64,000 nt of DNA from an uncultured Christensenella sp. (GCA_949292875.1 CASFBJ010000009.1:64271-128270), one strand, 5' to 3'. Shown: positions 8,901-17,217, numbered from the stretch's first letter. Numbers and translations: made by a program. Notes: generated by a model from the letters alone, not told the origin.

Positions 8901-10525
8901 AAGATGGGACAACAATTCAACTTATTTATGCAGATGTATTACAACAGATAATAGTTAAAATGAACAATAATATAAGCATAAATGCAACGATGAAATCAGT
9001 TAGTTATGAAGAAATAACTGAAGAAATGAAATCTCAGTATATAGACTATTCAGTAGTTACAAATTTTATTAAAGTAATTAATAACCTACTTAATACAAAA
9101 CAATTTAACTTATCTTTAAATGCTAATTATTTTGTAAATAATAGTTTTGCTACAGGCGTGAGTGCTAGTTTAGTAATGGATATAAAAGACGCTTTGCAAA
9201 TGAATGCAGGGTTAGAAATTTCTGGTGCAACTAATTTAAGTGCTAATGTAAATGTTTTTGACAATATGTATTATATAGATTATGATGGCTTAAAAGTTAG
9301 TATTAATCAAAATAATTTACAAGAAATTTTGGCTTTAGCGTTAAAACTTTTTGGTATAGAAATACCTGGAATTTCATGGATAGATGAAATTACGGAAAAT
9401 ATAGATGTGTCAAATATTCAAAATCTTATTCCTGAGTTAGATATGTCTAATCCTTTAGATATATTAAATTATATAGAAGGAATAGAATTAGACAGCAGTA
9501 GTTTTAAAATCAAGATAAATGCATCTCTTTTTAGTGGACAAAATGAAATACTAAACTTAAATGTTTTGTATGAGGGAAGTAATATTAGAAGCATTATTGC
9601 TACAAATGTTCCTTTGTCAAGTGATGAAAAAGTGGATATTAATTTAGAGTTTTTTGCATTTAATAAGGTTGAAGAAATAGAAAACAAAGATAAGTATATA
9701 GACTTATCAGGAAGTGCAGATATACTTGCTTCATTAATTAATACAACATCATTAATGGATTATAAAATTTCTGGAACTGTTAATGTTGTTGCCGAGATTA
9801 TTAAATTGCCTATAAATATGAATGTTAAGGTAGATGCTCAGGTAAAAATAGTGGATAAAAAGCCTGTTGCATATGTTCAAATTTCAAAAATTCCTGTAAT
9901 TGTCGGTGTAAATAACGATGTACCTCTTCAAATCGGAGATACAAATGGCGGACAAAAGAGAACATTGCATATATATTATATAGATAACTATATGTATTTC
10001 TATAGGCATGAAAAAGTATCTGTTGGTTTCTTTGGTAGTAGAACATATGAAAAGAAATTGAAAATAAGTATAGATGATTTCATTGCAGACCCATTTGGGT
10101 ATATATTAGGTTATGGTTTAGGTTTCTCAGATTCAATTATGAATAAAATATATGAAGCAATAGAGATAACAAAAAATAGACCTACACCTATAGATAAATC
10201 TAATGTTCTATTATCTTACAAGAATGTTAATGAAGATTTGTTTGAAATAGTTTTAAATATGAAAGAAATAACTGCTAATGATAACATGGATAAGGCAACT
10301 ATAAGTTTAGGTGCAACTAATATAGTTGATAAAAAATATTTGAATAAAATTATGTTTAATCTAAATATGCCTTTGCTTAGTGGTGTTGAAATAAATGTTG
10401 CAACTTCAGATATGACTCTATATGATATAGGTTCAGTAGTTGATGTTAGTAATGTTATAAATTACGCAAATTCTTATCCTTATGCAGTGGGAGAGATGAG
10501 AGACGCTTCTAATGGAAAGTGGTAA
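5948..10525 (+). CDS. giant (1525 aa) N-terminally TM-anchored repeat protein, function unknown
   Basis: AAGGAG SD and a single N-terminal TM helix (FLAYFSTYIFVTMAVACVTVMISGMF). It contains six ~200-aa repeats with recurring YID.. and ..Y(I/V)....K(I/V).F....I.DF...EFG..ID landmarks. Confidence 0.85.
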   Translation: MKKVKNFLAYFSTYIFVTMAVACVTVMISGMFGEKEIPKVSAESPIGAIVNNITSMQDAKLSIDVCIEKENQSIELVGDICIVIGSQITDIKAFEFAGDCVFNGQKMYVKASLISNTLYLQLDDKHIKVKLDSAKSLLNNLLSIFNINFDNATQDIMGKVDINKLMAQDKDMVTIKEEENQLIVTLKLFDGFVVDIITDKEYNIKNIKLEDFIFADYTISANIDMNSVNAGNTVEVEEDKYEDMSEVLNIIDVFSKGLDKFLENKNLTAELNANVLGQDVSIKFNIDLNNELLIKFEANILNIELWGQVVNQTIYINVYDSCIVVPLDEIKDIVKVLSDKISAIIDITEIAFSPQDLEKYLIQFLPYIQVLDNKIAINVNDVYNAELQVNEQNSTYQLNFAGPEVQANMLVYSTNEIFEIKDNNKKIYDLTNIHYFIDALLNTIQEDTFGGKGTINIKTESKVEKINFEVALKCDFDNVIQLILNKDIDKILQSINGKIVLSYENIVINAHIQNSAIYISTYDMKIKFAFNEIENILDFVESEFGIKLDALKNDVFIENVNSYTLDSLAIYNNRLSILLNNGSNIEINFDEKIKDIAFISQSLECNMSKEDVVYTALSENQIQEYIHYSYLLDKIVAIKNIFSQNKFNVDLNVKYTNNGVQKLDAFANVRLDLSQGLLVNINLNALNNNVEVQYENDVFYVIYDNFKICTHMQGIYDLLSVVENLFGFEINFDVMSNSLQDIKDKDISTLIGCIKKLELQEDSLILVLNENAILGIDKDIEIQIDFNQNSIQYILIKNLYISNKDKFEISIDLKEYEEITPVQDKNEYIDITNSSNLASVLIKLIQGKNLSGEMDVQFPLNNSTETLSVLYNLDIDTEGLHNFITNKETDKNIINVLKYIEGYIKAEYRGLEAELYIQNSVVYIEAVGLKVSFNISEVTNIRDFINAEFGANIDISNLITNTDFSIDNLFSNLIIEEDKTSVLFEDGTTIQLIYADVLQQIIVKMNNNISINATMKSVSYEEITEEMKSQYIDYSVVTNFIKVINNLLNTKQFNLSLNANYFVNNSFATGVSASLVMDIKDALQMNAGLEISGATNLSANVNVFDNMYYIDYDGLKVSINQNNLQEILALALKLFGIEIPGISWIDEITENIDVSNIQNLIPELDMSNPLDILNYIEGIELDSSSFKIKINASLFSGQNEILNLNVLYEGSNIRSIIATNVPLSSDEKVDINLEFFAFNKVEEIENKDKYIDLSGSADILASLINTTSLMDYKISGTVNVVAEIIKLPINMNVKVDAQVKIVDKKPVAYVQISKIPVIVGVNNDVPLQIGDTNGGQKRTLHIYYIDNYMYFYRHEKVSVGFFGSRTYEKKLKISIDDFIADPFGYILGYGLGFSDSIMNKIYEAIEITKNRPTPIDKSNVLLSYKNVNEDLFEIVLNMKEITANDNMDKATISLGATNIVDKKYLNKIMFNLNMPLLSGVEINVATSDMTLYDIGSVVDVSNVINYANSYPYAVGEMRDASNGKW
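6125..9760 (+). repeat. six tandem ~200-aa protein repeats within CDS 5948-10525
   Basis: Landmark 1 lies at aa ~118, 315, 517, 699, 923 and 1108 (e.g. NSAIYISTYDMKIKFAFNEIENILDFVESEFGIKLD / NSVVYIEAVGLKVSFNISEVTNIRDFINAEFGANID). Landmark 2 lies at aa ~241, 428, 625, 828, 1031 and 1250 (e.g. NEYIDITNSSNLASVLIKLI / SQYIDYSVVTNFIKVINNLL). Confidence 0.8.
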
Positions 10526-10676
10526 AAAGTCTATAAAACACATAAAAATATTATTTTACAAGTTTTATAATGATTTTAATTTTAAAAAATTATAAAAAAA
10601 TAAAATTAAATAAAATATGGTTAATATGGATTTATTAATCATATTTTTTTCATTATTGCAAATTTTTGTATAAATT

Positions 10677-10706
10677 TTGACATTTTTAAAAATATTATGA
10701 TATACT
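10677..10706 (+). promoter_or_regulatory. sigma70-type promoter for the 10728-11799 operon
   Basis: TTGACA (10677-10682), an 18-nt spacer, then TGaTATACT (extended -10, TATACT at 10701-10706). Confidence 0.6.
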
Positions 10707-10727
10707 GAAATATACAAGGAGTTTTAT

Positions 10728-11150
10728 ATGATAGGAGAAATAAAAAGAGAATTTCAAGATTTTGAAATAGTTGCACAACCTTTTTTAGAAAGTTTTTTTA
10801 TGGAGAACTTAGATGTAATAGAATATGAAAGTGGAGTTGTTTTGAGTAGCGCTGAATTGAATGACTTAAAAAAAATATATGTTCTATATGAGTACTTATC
10901 TCATAAAAGCAAACAAGGTAAAAGCTTAAATGAGAATGAATTGATGCATATATTATATTTGGCACAAAAACCAGAATATGCTAAGGTTTTAAAAGATTAT
11001 TGCTTAAATTGTGGAAAGATTACAAGAAAAGATTATAATATTTCTTATTTGGTCAATGATATGGTTACATATAGTATCAAAAAGAGTAAAACAAATCTAA
11101 ATGCAAAGAAAATGGATAATAAGAAAGATTTTGCAGTAAAAGTATTGTAA
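10728..11150 (+). CDS. hypothetical small acidic protein
   Basis: AAGGAG SD. 140 aa with no recognisable motif. A 10-nt gap to the zincin gene suggests a two-gene operon. Confidence 0.65.
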   Translation: MIGEIKREFQDFEIVAQPFLESFFMENLDVIEYESGVVLSSAELNDLKKIYVLYEYLSHKSKQGKSLNENELMHILYLAQKPEYAKVLKDYCLNCGKITRKDYNISYLVNDMVTYSIKKSKTNLNAKKMDNKKDFAVKVL

Positions 11151-11160
11151 AGGAAAAAAT

Positions 11161-11799
11161 ATGTTTCAAAAATTTCGTTTATTTAGAAAATTTAAAAAAG
11201 GTAGATGGGAAAAATATTCTCCAGAAAAAAGATTAAAAGTTGCTCAAGAATTTGAAAATCATTATTCTAAAAAATATAAAAGAATGACTTGCAGAATTGT
11301 GCCGTCAAGTGAAATGGATGAAAATACACTAGGGTTAGCAAAATTTTCTGAAAAAACAATATATCTTAATAGTAAATATTTTTTAGATGCAAGTTTAAAA
11401 TACAACATGATGTTTACTTTACTACATGAAGGTAGACATATATTTCAACATGAACATGTTAATAAAACTTATAAAAACAATAGTAAAGTCTTTAAACTTT
11501 CAAAAGCGTATAAGTGGAAAAATAGTTTGGGTGGATATATGGATACAAGTAGTACTGATTATTATGGATACGCTAATCAAAGTATAGAACTTGATGCAAA
11601 TATTTTTGCATACAAACAATTGAAAAAGCTAAAAAGAAAATTTGGAAAAGATGAAAAATATATTAAGGAAATAGAGTATGCTGAAAATCTTTTAGAAAAT
11701 GTAAAAGAAGGTGGTAAAAAAAGATATGGCATATTTTATAAATTTAAAATAAATAGAAAAAATAAAAAAAATTATGAAAATAATATGAAGAGGAAGTAA
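11161..11799 (+). CDS. putative minimal zincin metallopeptidase (HExxH + downstream Glu; SprT/ImmA-IrrE-like layout)
   Basis: HEGRH at 11425-11439 (..MMFTLLHEGRHIFQH..), and ELDANIFA at 11587-11610, which resembles the E..AN.FA third-ligand motif of ImmA/IrrE-type gluzincins. Basic N- and C-termini. Confidence 0.5.
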   Translation: MFQKFRLFRKFKKGRWEKYSPEKRLKVAQEFENHYSKKYKRMTCRIVPSSEMDENTLGLAKFSEKTIYLNSKYFLDASLKYNMMFTLLHEGRHIFQHEHVNKTYKNNSKVFKLSKAYKWKNSLGGYMDTSSTDYYGYANQSIELDANIFAYKQLKKLKRKFGKDEKYIKEIEYAENLLENVKEGGKKRYGIFYKFKINRKNKKNYENNMKRK

Positions 11800-11835
11800 A
11801 TTCCTTTTTTTTGATTTTATTCAAATTTTAAAATA

Positions 11836-11864
11836 TTGACAAAATCTTCTTTTTGTGATAACTT
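11836..11864 (+). promoter_or_regulatory. candidate promoter for the Sel1-AAA+ gene (leaves a ~100-nt leader)
   Basis: TTGACA (11836-11841), a 17-nt spacer, then TGaTAACTT. Confidence 0.45.
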
Positions 11865-11963
11865 TTATATATCAATATTAAATTACATTAATTAAGTTTA
11901 TCTCATAGCGGGATAAGTTTTTAGTAATGCTACGCTAAATCAAATTTTTACTAAAATGATGGG

Positions 11964-13748
11964 ATGGGCAATAATATGGTTTCTTTAGATTTAAATTCTA
12001 TAAGAAGTAATAGTTTAAGTGATGAGGAAAAGTACTTACGTTTAAATAAATATTTATTTAATGAAGCTTTTTTTGAAGAAATAGATACTGAAGAAGAAAT
12101 AGAAATTTTTAAGCAATGCATGTATCTATATAAGGATAAAAAACTTACAAAAGCTGCTTTATTATTATCGCATTGTTATAGATTGGGTGTAGGAGTGAAA
12201 AAAGATATTCAAAAAGCTTTCAAACTTGCTTGCTTTAGTTATTATTTTGCTAACAATGAAGATTCTATAGTACAACTTGCAAATCTAATTTTTACATTTA
12301 GGGGTAGCTTTGAAAATTTTGATGAATCCGATGGATTTTATTTACTTAAAATAATGGGCGAAACAGGAATGGTTGTTGCTAAATTCTTATGTAGAAATCA
12401 ATCTTTACCTTATGATGAAGTTGTTGAATCAATAAATAATGCATATAAAGATGAAAAAGAGTTTAACAAAAGAGTATACAATGAAATAAGAAATATTGTT
12501 GTTAAAAAAGATGCAAATGCTATTTATGATAAAACTTCGCTTGATAAACTAGTAGTTTCTGCATTAGGTGATAATGCAAATAAAATAAATAATGAAAATA
12601 TAAAACAAGAGCAAAAAGATAATAATAAGCAAAATACAAATATTGTTCAAGATAATAAAGTTAATGTTCAAAACAACAATCAAAAGATAAATAGCAATAA
12701 TATTCAAAATTCTATAAGTCAAAGCAATAATCAAGCCAAAAAAGAAAAAGAAAATAAGGGTAAAGTAGTTCGTAAGGCTATAATAAAGCAAGGAGATAAG
12801 GTTTCTCCATATAACATAGAAAAAGATGATTTATACATAAGTTTAACTAATAAAATTAAAGGACAAGATGAGGCTATAAAACAAATAATTATCAATAAAA
12901 GAATGGCGCAACTAGGTTGGCCTACAACTACTGGACCTAAAGAAAAATATTTTTTCTATGGTTATACTGGTACAGGAAAAACAGCGTTAGCGACTGCGCT
13001 AGCGGAAGCGGAATATGGCAATAAACCAAATAATATATTGGTTTTAAGTATGGAAAACTATGTTACTGAAAGTAGTCTTTCTCGTTTAATAGGTTCATCT
13101 CAAGGTTATGCAGACTCTGAGAAAGGCGGTATTTTGTCAAATGCTTTGAGTGTAGACCCTGAAATAGTAGTTATATTTGATGAAATTGAAAAAGCAAATG
13201 ATAAAGTAATACAATCTCTACTAGGAATGCTTGATAGAGGAGTATTATATGATGGTTTTGGTAATCCTCATGATGCAACTAAGACAACCGTAATTTTTAC
13301 ATCTAATGTAGGTACTAAAGAAATAAGGGAAAATAATATACAAAGTGGAAGTGAAGAAGAAAAACAAGTCTTTAAAAAAGCTTTACAGGAAAGATTTTCT
13401 CCGGAATTTTTAGGAAGAATACCTACACAAGTAATGTTTGGTAGATTATCCAAAGAAGCACTTAAGGATATTTTAGTAAATATAGTAAATACAATGAATG
13501 AGAACAATAGCAGAGGTATAGTATTGACACTTAAAGAAAGTGCTATTGAACAAATGTTAAATGAGCCTGAAGTTTTGGATAAAAATGTAAGAGGTTTAAA
13601 AGAAAATATAAAAAATAAGCTTCTAAAAGATATTACGCTTGAAGCAGATGTAAAAAAACAAAATATTGAATATGAAGTTTATTATGAAAATGGTAGATAC
13701 AAATACAATACTTATGAAATAAGATTTGAAGAAGAAAGACAAAAATAA
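11964..13748 (+). CDS. Sel1-repeat N-domain / N,Q-rich linker / single ClpB-D2-like (AAA_2) ATPase fusion protein
   Basis: Sel1 consensus: LLLSHCYRLGVGVKKDIQKAFKLA. Walker A GYTGTGKT lies at 12960-12983. The segment SRLIGSSQGYADSEKGGILSNA is collinear with ClpB D2 SRLIGAPPGYVGYEEGG. Walker B is VVIFDEIEKA (~13167-13190), sensor-1 is VIFTSN, and PEFLGRI is present. The start is uncertain (ATG 11964 or 11976; weak SD). Confidence 0.7.
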   Translation: MGNNMVSLDLNSIRSNSLSDEEKYLRLNKYLFNEAFFEEIDTEEEIEIFKQCMYLYKDKKLTKAALLLSHCYRLGVGVKKDIQKAFKLACFSYYFANNEDSIVQLANLIFTFRGSFENFDESDGFYLLKIMGETGMVVAKFLCRNQSLPYDEVVESINNAYKDEKEFNKRVYNEIRNIVVKKDANAIYDKTSLDKLVVSALGDNANKINNENIKQEQKDNNKQNTNIVQDNKVNVQNNNQKINSNNIQNSISQSNNQAKKEKENKGKVVRKAIIKQGDKVSPYNIEKDDLYISLTNKIKGQDEAIKQIIINKRMAQLGWPTTTGPKEKYFFYGYTGTGKTALATALAEAEYGNKPNNILVLSMENYVTESSLSRLIGSSQGYADSEKGGILSNALSVDPEIVVIFDEIEKANDKVIQSLLGMLDRGVLYDGFGNPHDATKTTVIFTSNVGTKEIRENNIQSGSEEEKQVFKKALQERFSPEFLGRIPTQVMFGRLSKEALKDILVNIVNTMNENNSRGIVLTLKESAIEQMLNEPEVLDKNVRGLKENIKNKLLKDITLEADVKKQNIEYEVYYENGRYKYNTYEIRFEEERQK

Positions 13749-13767
13749 GTCCTATTTAGGACTTTTT
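13747..13767 (+). terminator. intrinsic terminator
   Basis: aagtcct / aggactt stem followed by TTTTT, overlapping the stop codon. Confidence 0.7.
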
Positions 13768-13843
13768 AATTATATTATAAAGTTTGACTTATAAACTAAA
13801 ATATGTTAAATTTTAGAGAATTTACTCAATGCGAGGTTATTAT

Positions 13844-15832
13844 ATGTTTGAAAATAGTAAAAGAGAGAGACCAAAATTTCCTAAAAGGGCTATAGTTACA
13901 TTTGGTATGCCATATGGTAACAAAGAAATACATTTTGGGCATCTTTTTGGAATGATTTTATCTGCAGATTTCTTTGCAAGATTTTTAAGAAATAGAATTG
14001 GTTCAGAAAATGTTATATTGCAATCAGGTACAGATTGTTATGGTTCAACAATGACAATGGCGTTTGACAAGGCAAAAGAAAACGGTGCAAATTATGAGAC
14101 AGTAGAAGACTTGGTTAAAGATATGCATGGTAGAACTTTGAAAGTTCTAGAACAAGCACAAATGCAGGTAGATTTTTTTGGAGCTTCAGCATTTGGAGAT
14201 GCAAAAGAAGAGCATATAAAAGTTTCTCAAGAATTTTTTAATAGTATGTATAATACTGGTTTGCTTAAAAAAATGGGGACAGAGCAGTTTTATGATGAAA
14301 AATTAGGTTGTTTTTTAAATGGTAGGCAAGTAGTGGGTAAATGTCCTTATGAGGGTTGTAAAAGTGAAAAAGCATATGCAGATGAATGCGACATGTGTCA
14401 TCAATATTTACCTAAAGATTTGATAGACCCTGTAAGCGTATTATCTGGTGAGAAACCTATACTTAAAAGTATATTGAACTGGTACTTTGACATTACAAAA
14501 TATAATGATTTGCTTTTAGAAATAGTAAACAAACAAGAAAAGGATAGAAGAAATAGAAAATTTGTTACTAGAGAAATTAGAGAATTTCTTAAAAAACCTG
14601 AAGTTTATATAAAAAATGAAAACAAAGAAAAGTGGGAAGAAATACAAAATTTAGTTCCTAATTATATTCTATTAGATGATGGCGCTAAAAAATCTAGTTT
14701 TACTATACAGTTTAATTGTTTAGAGGATAGGGAAAAAGCTTGTAACATCATGAATGAAAAGGGCATAAAGTTTAGAAATGGTAAAACGCTTGTGCCGTTT
14801 AGAATAACGGGTAATATAGAATGGGGTGTGCCTGTGCCTAATGTTGACGGTATGGAAAATAGAACTTTTTATGTATGGCCTGAGTCTTTATGGGCGCCTA
14901 TATCTTTTACGAGAACATATTTAAAGAACGCAACTAATGTAAGTAGTCATGACTGGAAAGACTGGTGGTGTAGTAAAGATAGTGAAATTTTCCAAGTATT
15001 TGCTGAAGATAATATGTATTTTTATGGACCTCCAGAACAAGCAATGTTTTTAAGTACGCAAGGTAAAAATCCTACTATAGATACAAAAGACGGACAACTA
15101 AGCATTCCGCATATGATTGTAAACAAACATAGTTTGTATATGGGGTTAAAGGCAAGTAGCAGTGGAAAATATAGAGCCCCACTTGCGAAAGAGCTTTTTG
15201 AGCACTATACCGTTGAACAATTAAGAATGCATTTTTTAGGCTTAGGATTTGGAGAAACAAATGCTAATGTAGAATTAAAAGCTTTTAATCCTGACGCTAA
15301 AAAAGATGAAATAGACCCAGCATTAAAAGAAGGTAATATCCTAATAAATGTGTACAATAGAGTTATAAGGAAATTAAGTTATTTTGTAAATGAAAATTTT
15401 GAAAGAGTTATACCCTTAGGAGATGCAAGTACTCAAGTTAAAGAAATGTGTGAAAAAGAGATATTAAATCATGAAGATAAAGTATATTGCTATAAATTTC
15501 ATGTCGCTTTAAATATGTTAGATGCTTTTATAAGAAACATTAATAAGTTTTTTGAAAGAGAAAGCAAAATGGCGAAAGATGGCGGTGATGAGCAAAAGAT
15601 AAAACAAGTTGTTATAGACACTGTATATATGATTAGAGTGGCAAATACTTTATTAAATCCATTTATACCGCAAGGTTCTCATAAAGTAGCAGACTATTTC
15701 CATTTCAATACAAAATGGACTGATTGGAACTATATTTTTGATGATATTCAAACATTTATTGAAAAGAATACAAGAATTGAATTATTGGAAGATGAAAATC
15801 CTTTTTTCAAAAAACATCCTAGTCAAGATTAG
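13844..15832 (+). CDS. metG: methionyl-tRNA synthetase homologue, divergent (KMSKS replaced by KASSS)
   Basis: I prefer ATG 13844 (GAGG at 13833-13836) over the track start at 13829. The HIGH region is MPYGNKEIHFGH. The zinc knuckle GKCPYEGCKSEKAYADECDMCHQYLPKDLIDPVSVLSGEKP is collinear with E. coli MetRS [45 protein letters not shown]..AP matches the Met pocket. The KMSKS position reads KASSS (15149-15163). Confidence 0.75.
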   Translation: MFENSKRERPKFPKRAIVTFGMPYGNKEIHFGHLFGMILSADFFARFLRNRIGSENVILQSGTDCYGSTMTMAFDKAKENGANYETVEDLVKDMHGRTLKVLEQAQMQVDFFGASAFGDAKEEHIKVSQEFFNSMYNTGLLKKMGTEQFYDEKLGCFLNGRQVVGKCPYEGCKSEKAYADECDMCHQYLPKDLIDPVSVLSGEKPILKSILNWYFDITKYNDLLLEIVNKQEKDRRNRKFVTREIREFLKKPEVYIKNENKEKWEEIQNLVPNYILLDDGAKKSSFTIQFNCLEDREKACNIMNEKGIKFRNGKTLVPFRITGNIEWGVPVPNVDGMENRTFYVWPESLWAPISFTRTYLKNATNVSSHDWKDWWCSKDSEIFQVFAEDNMYFYGPPEQAMFLSTQGKNPTIDTKDGQLSIPHMIVNKHSLYMGLKASSSGKYRAPLAKELFEHYTVEQLRMHFLGLGFGETNANVELKAFNPDAKKDEIDPALKEGNILINVYNRVIRKLSYFVNENFERVIPLGDASTQVKEMCEKEILNHEDKVYCYKFHVALNMLDAFIRNINKFFERESKMAKDGGDEQKIKQVVIDTVYMIRVANTLLNPFIPQGSHKVADYFHFNTKWTDWNYIFDDIQTFIEKNTRIELLEDENPFFKKHPSQD

Positions 15833-15844
15833 TTATTTTATACT

Positions 15845-15879
15845 AAAAAAGAGATTACAATTTATAATCTCTTTTTTTT
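15845..15879. terminator. bidirectional terminator between the convergent metG-like and DegV genes
   Basis: aaaaaagagatta / taatctctttttt palindrome with an A-run and a T-run on either side. Confidence 0.7.
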
Positions 15880-15895
15880 ATTTTGTTATATTCAT

Positions 15896-16753
15896 TTATT
15901 TTACTTCATCTTCACAAACATAAAGAATACCTATAGTATTTTTACCACAATGGCTACAAATAGTAGCTCCTGCTTCTGATTCTATAACTTCATCAAAATA
16001 CTGACTTGCAATATCTTTAACCATTTGAACAACTTCTGGGTCAGTAGGGGTATGAGTTACAAAACATCTATTTTTCTTGATGTTTGGGAATTGTTTTAAT
16101 GTATCTAATACATATCTTTTAACTATTACATCATATTTTTGAAGCATATATTTTTTGTTTACACCAAGTTTTCCACCTTTTACAAGTAAACTAGGTTTTA
16201 GACCTAATGTCTTGCCCATAAAGAATGCAAGTCCACTACATCTACCACCTTTATAAAGCATACGCAAACTATCTAATGTAAAAGATGCTTGAGTACATTT
16301 TGCTATTTGTTTGCATTTCTTTACTACTTCATCAACACTCATACCGCTTTCAAGCAAATCTATTGCACTAAGCATTACAAGTGAAATACCAGAACTTAAA
16401 CTTCTAGTATCTACAACTTTTACTTTTCCATTAAATTTTTCACTCGCTTTAATTGCATTGCTATGAGCAACTGAAAAGTCGTTTGATATGTTAAAGTGAA
16501 TAAGAGTGTCATAATCTTTTATATTTTTTTCAAAAAACTTTTCATATGCTTCTACACTTGGTGCGCTAGTTCTTGGTAATGTATCTGTTTTTTCTACATA
16601 ATCTACTATGTCTTGTCCTTTTACTTCTACACCATCTAATTTGTCTGCTCCGTCCATTAAAACATAAAACGGAATAAAATCTATATTATACTTTTTTAGT
16701 ATATCTTGTGTAAAATCTCCTGCACTATCTACAGTAATTTTTATATTTTGCAT
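15896..16753 (-). CDS. DegV family fatty-acid-binding protein
   Basis: GAGGTG SD. The N-terminus MQNIKITVDSAGDF.. and the PRTSAPSVEAYEKFF motif are typical of DegV/EDD-fold proteins. 285 aa. Confidence 0.8.
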   Translation of the reverse strand: MQNIKITVDSAGDFTQDILKKYNIDFIPFYVLMDGADKLDGVEVKGQDIVDYVEKTDTLPRTSAPSVEAYEKFFEKNIKDYDTLIHFNISNDFSVAHSNAIKASEKFNGKVKVVDTRSLSSGISLVMLSAIDLLESGMSVDEVVKKCKQIAKCTQASFTLDSLRMLYKGGRCSGLAFFMGKTLGLKPSLLVKGGKLGVNKKYMLQKYDVIVKRYVLDTLKQFPNIKKNRCFVTHTPTDPEVVQMVKDIASQYFDEVIESEAGATICSHCGKNTIGILYVCEDEVK

Positions 16754-16897
16754 ATTTCACCTCATTTAAAAGTTCAGACTTTTCTTAAAATCTAATAATA
16801 ATTATATCTTTTTAAGGCATTTATGTCAAATAATTACCATATTTTAAACCTTTAATCTTTATAAAAAAATTGAATAAAAAAAATTTAGTAATTACTC

Positions 16898-16927
16898 TTG
16901 ACTATTTTGTACTGTTTTTGCTATAAT
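16898..16927 (+). promoter_or_regulatory. promoter for rpmE
   Basis: TTGACT (16898-16903), an 18-nt spacer, then TGcTATAAT (TATAAT at 16922-16927). Confidence 0.65.
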
Positions 16928-17012
16928 GTACTCGTAAATTTAAATGATTGCATTATAATTATATTTTGCAATGGATTAAAACCCTATGGGAATAAATTAA
17001 GAGAGGTGAATT

Positions 17013-17216
17013 ATGAAAAAAGGTATACATCCAGATTTACATGATGTAACTTTTGTATGCTCTTGTGGAAATACATTCAAGGGTACAAGCACAAAACCAG
17101 GCGATACTATTAAGTTAGATATATGTAATAAGTGCCATCCAGTTTGTACAGGAAACTTTAAAACTGTAGATACTAGTGGTAGAGTGGATAAGTTTAAGAA
17201 AAAACACAACTTATAA
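17013..17216 (+). CDS. rpmE: 50S ribosomal protein L31 (Cys-containing type A)
   Basis: [18 protein letters not shown]....ST......[11 protein letters not shown]......[11 protein letters not shown] is the canonical L31 sequence pattern. Confidence 0.93.
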   Translation: MKKGIHPDLHDVTFVCSCGNTFKGTSTKPGDTIKLDICNKCHPVCTGNFKTVDTSGRVDKFKKKHNL

Positions 17217-17217
17217 G

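Noticed and set aside
13749-13843. T-box or other riboswitch leader upstream of the MetRS-like gene.
   Set aside because: The intergenic region is only ~95 nt and is occupied by the upstream terminator and a promoter. There is no room for a specifier or antiterminator structure.
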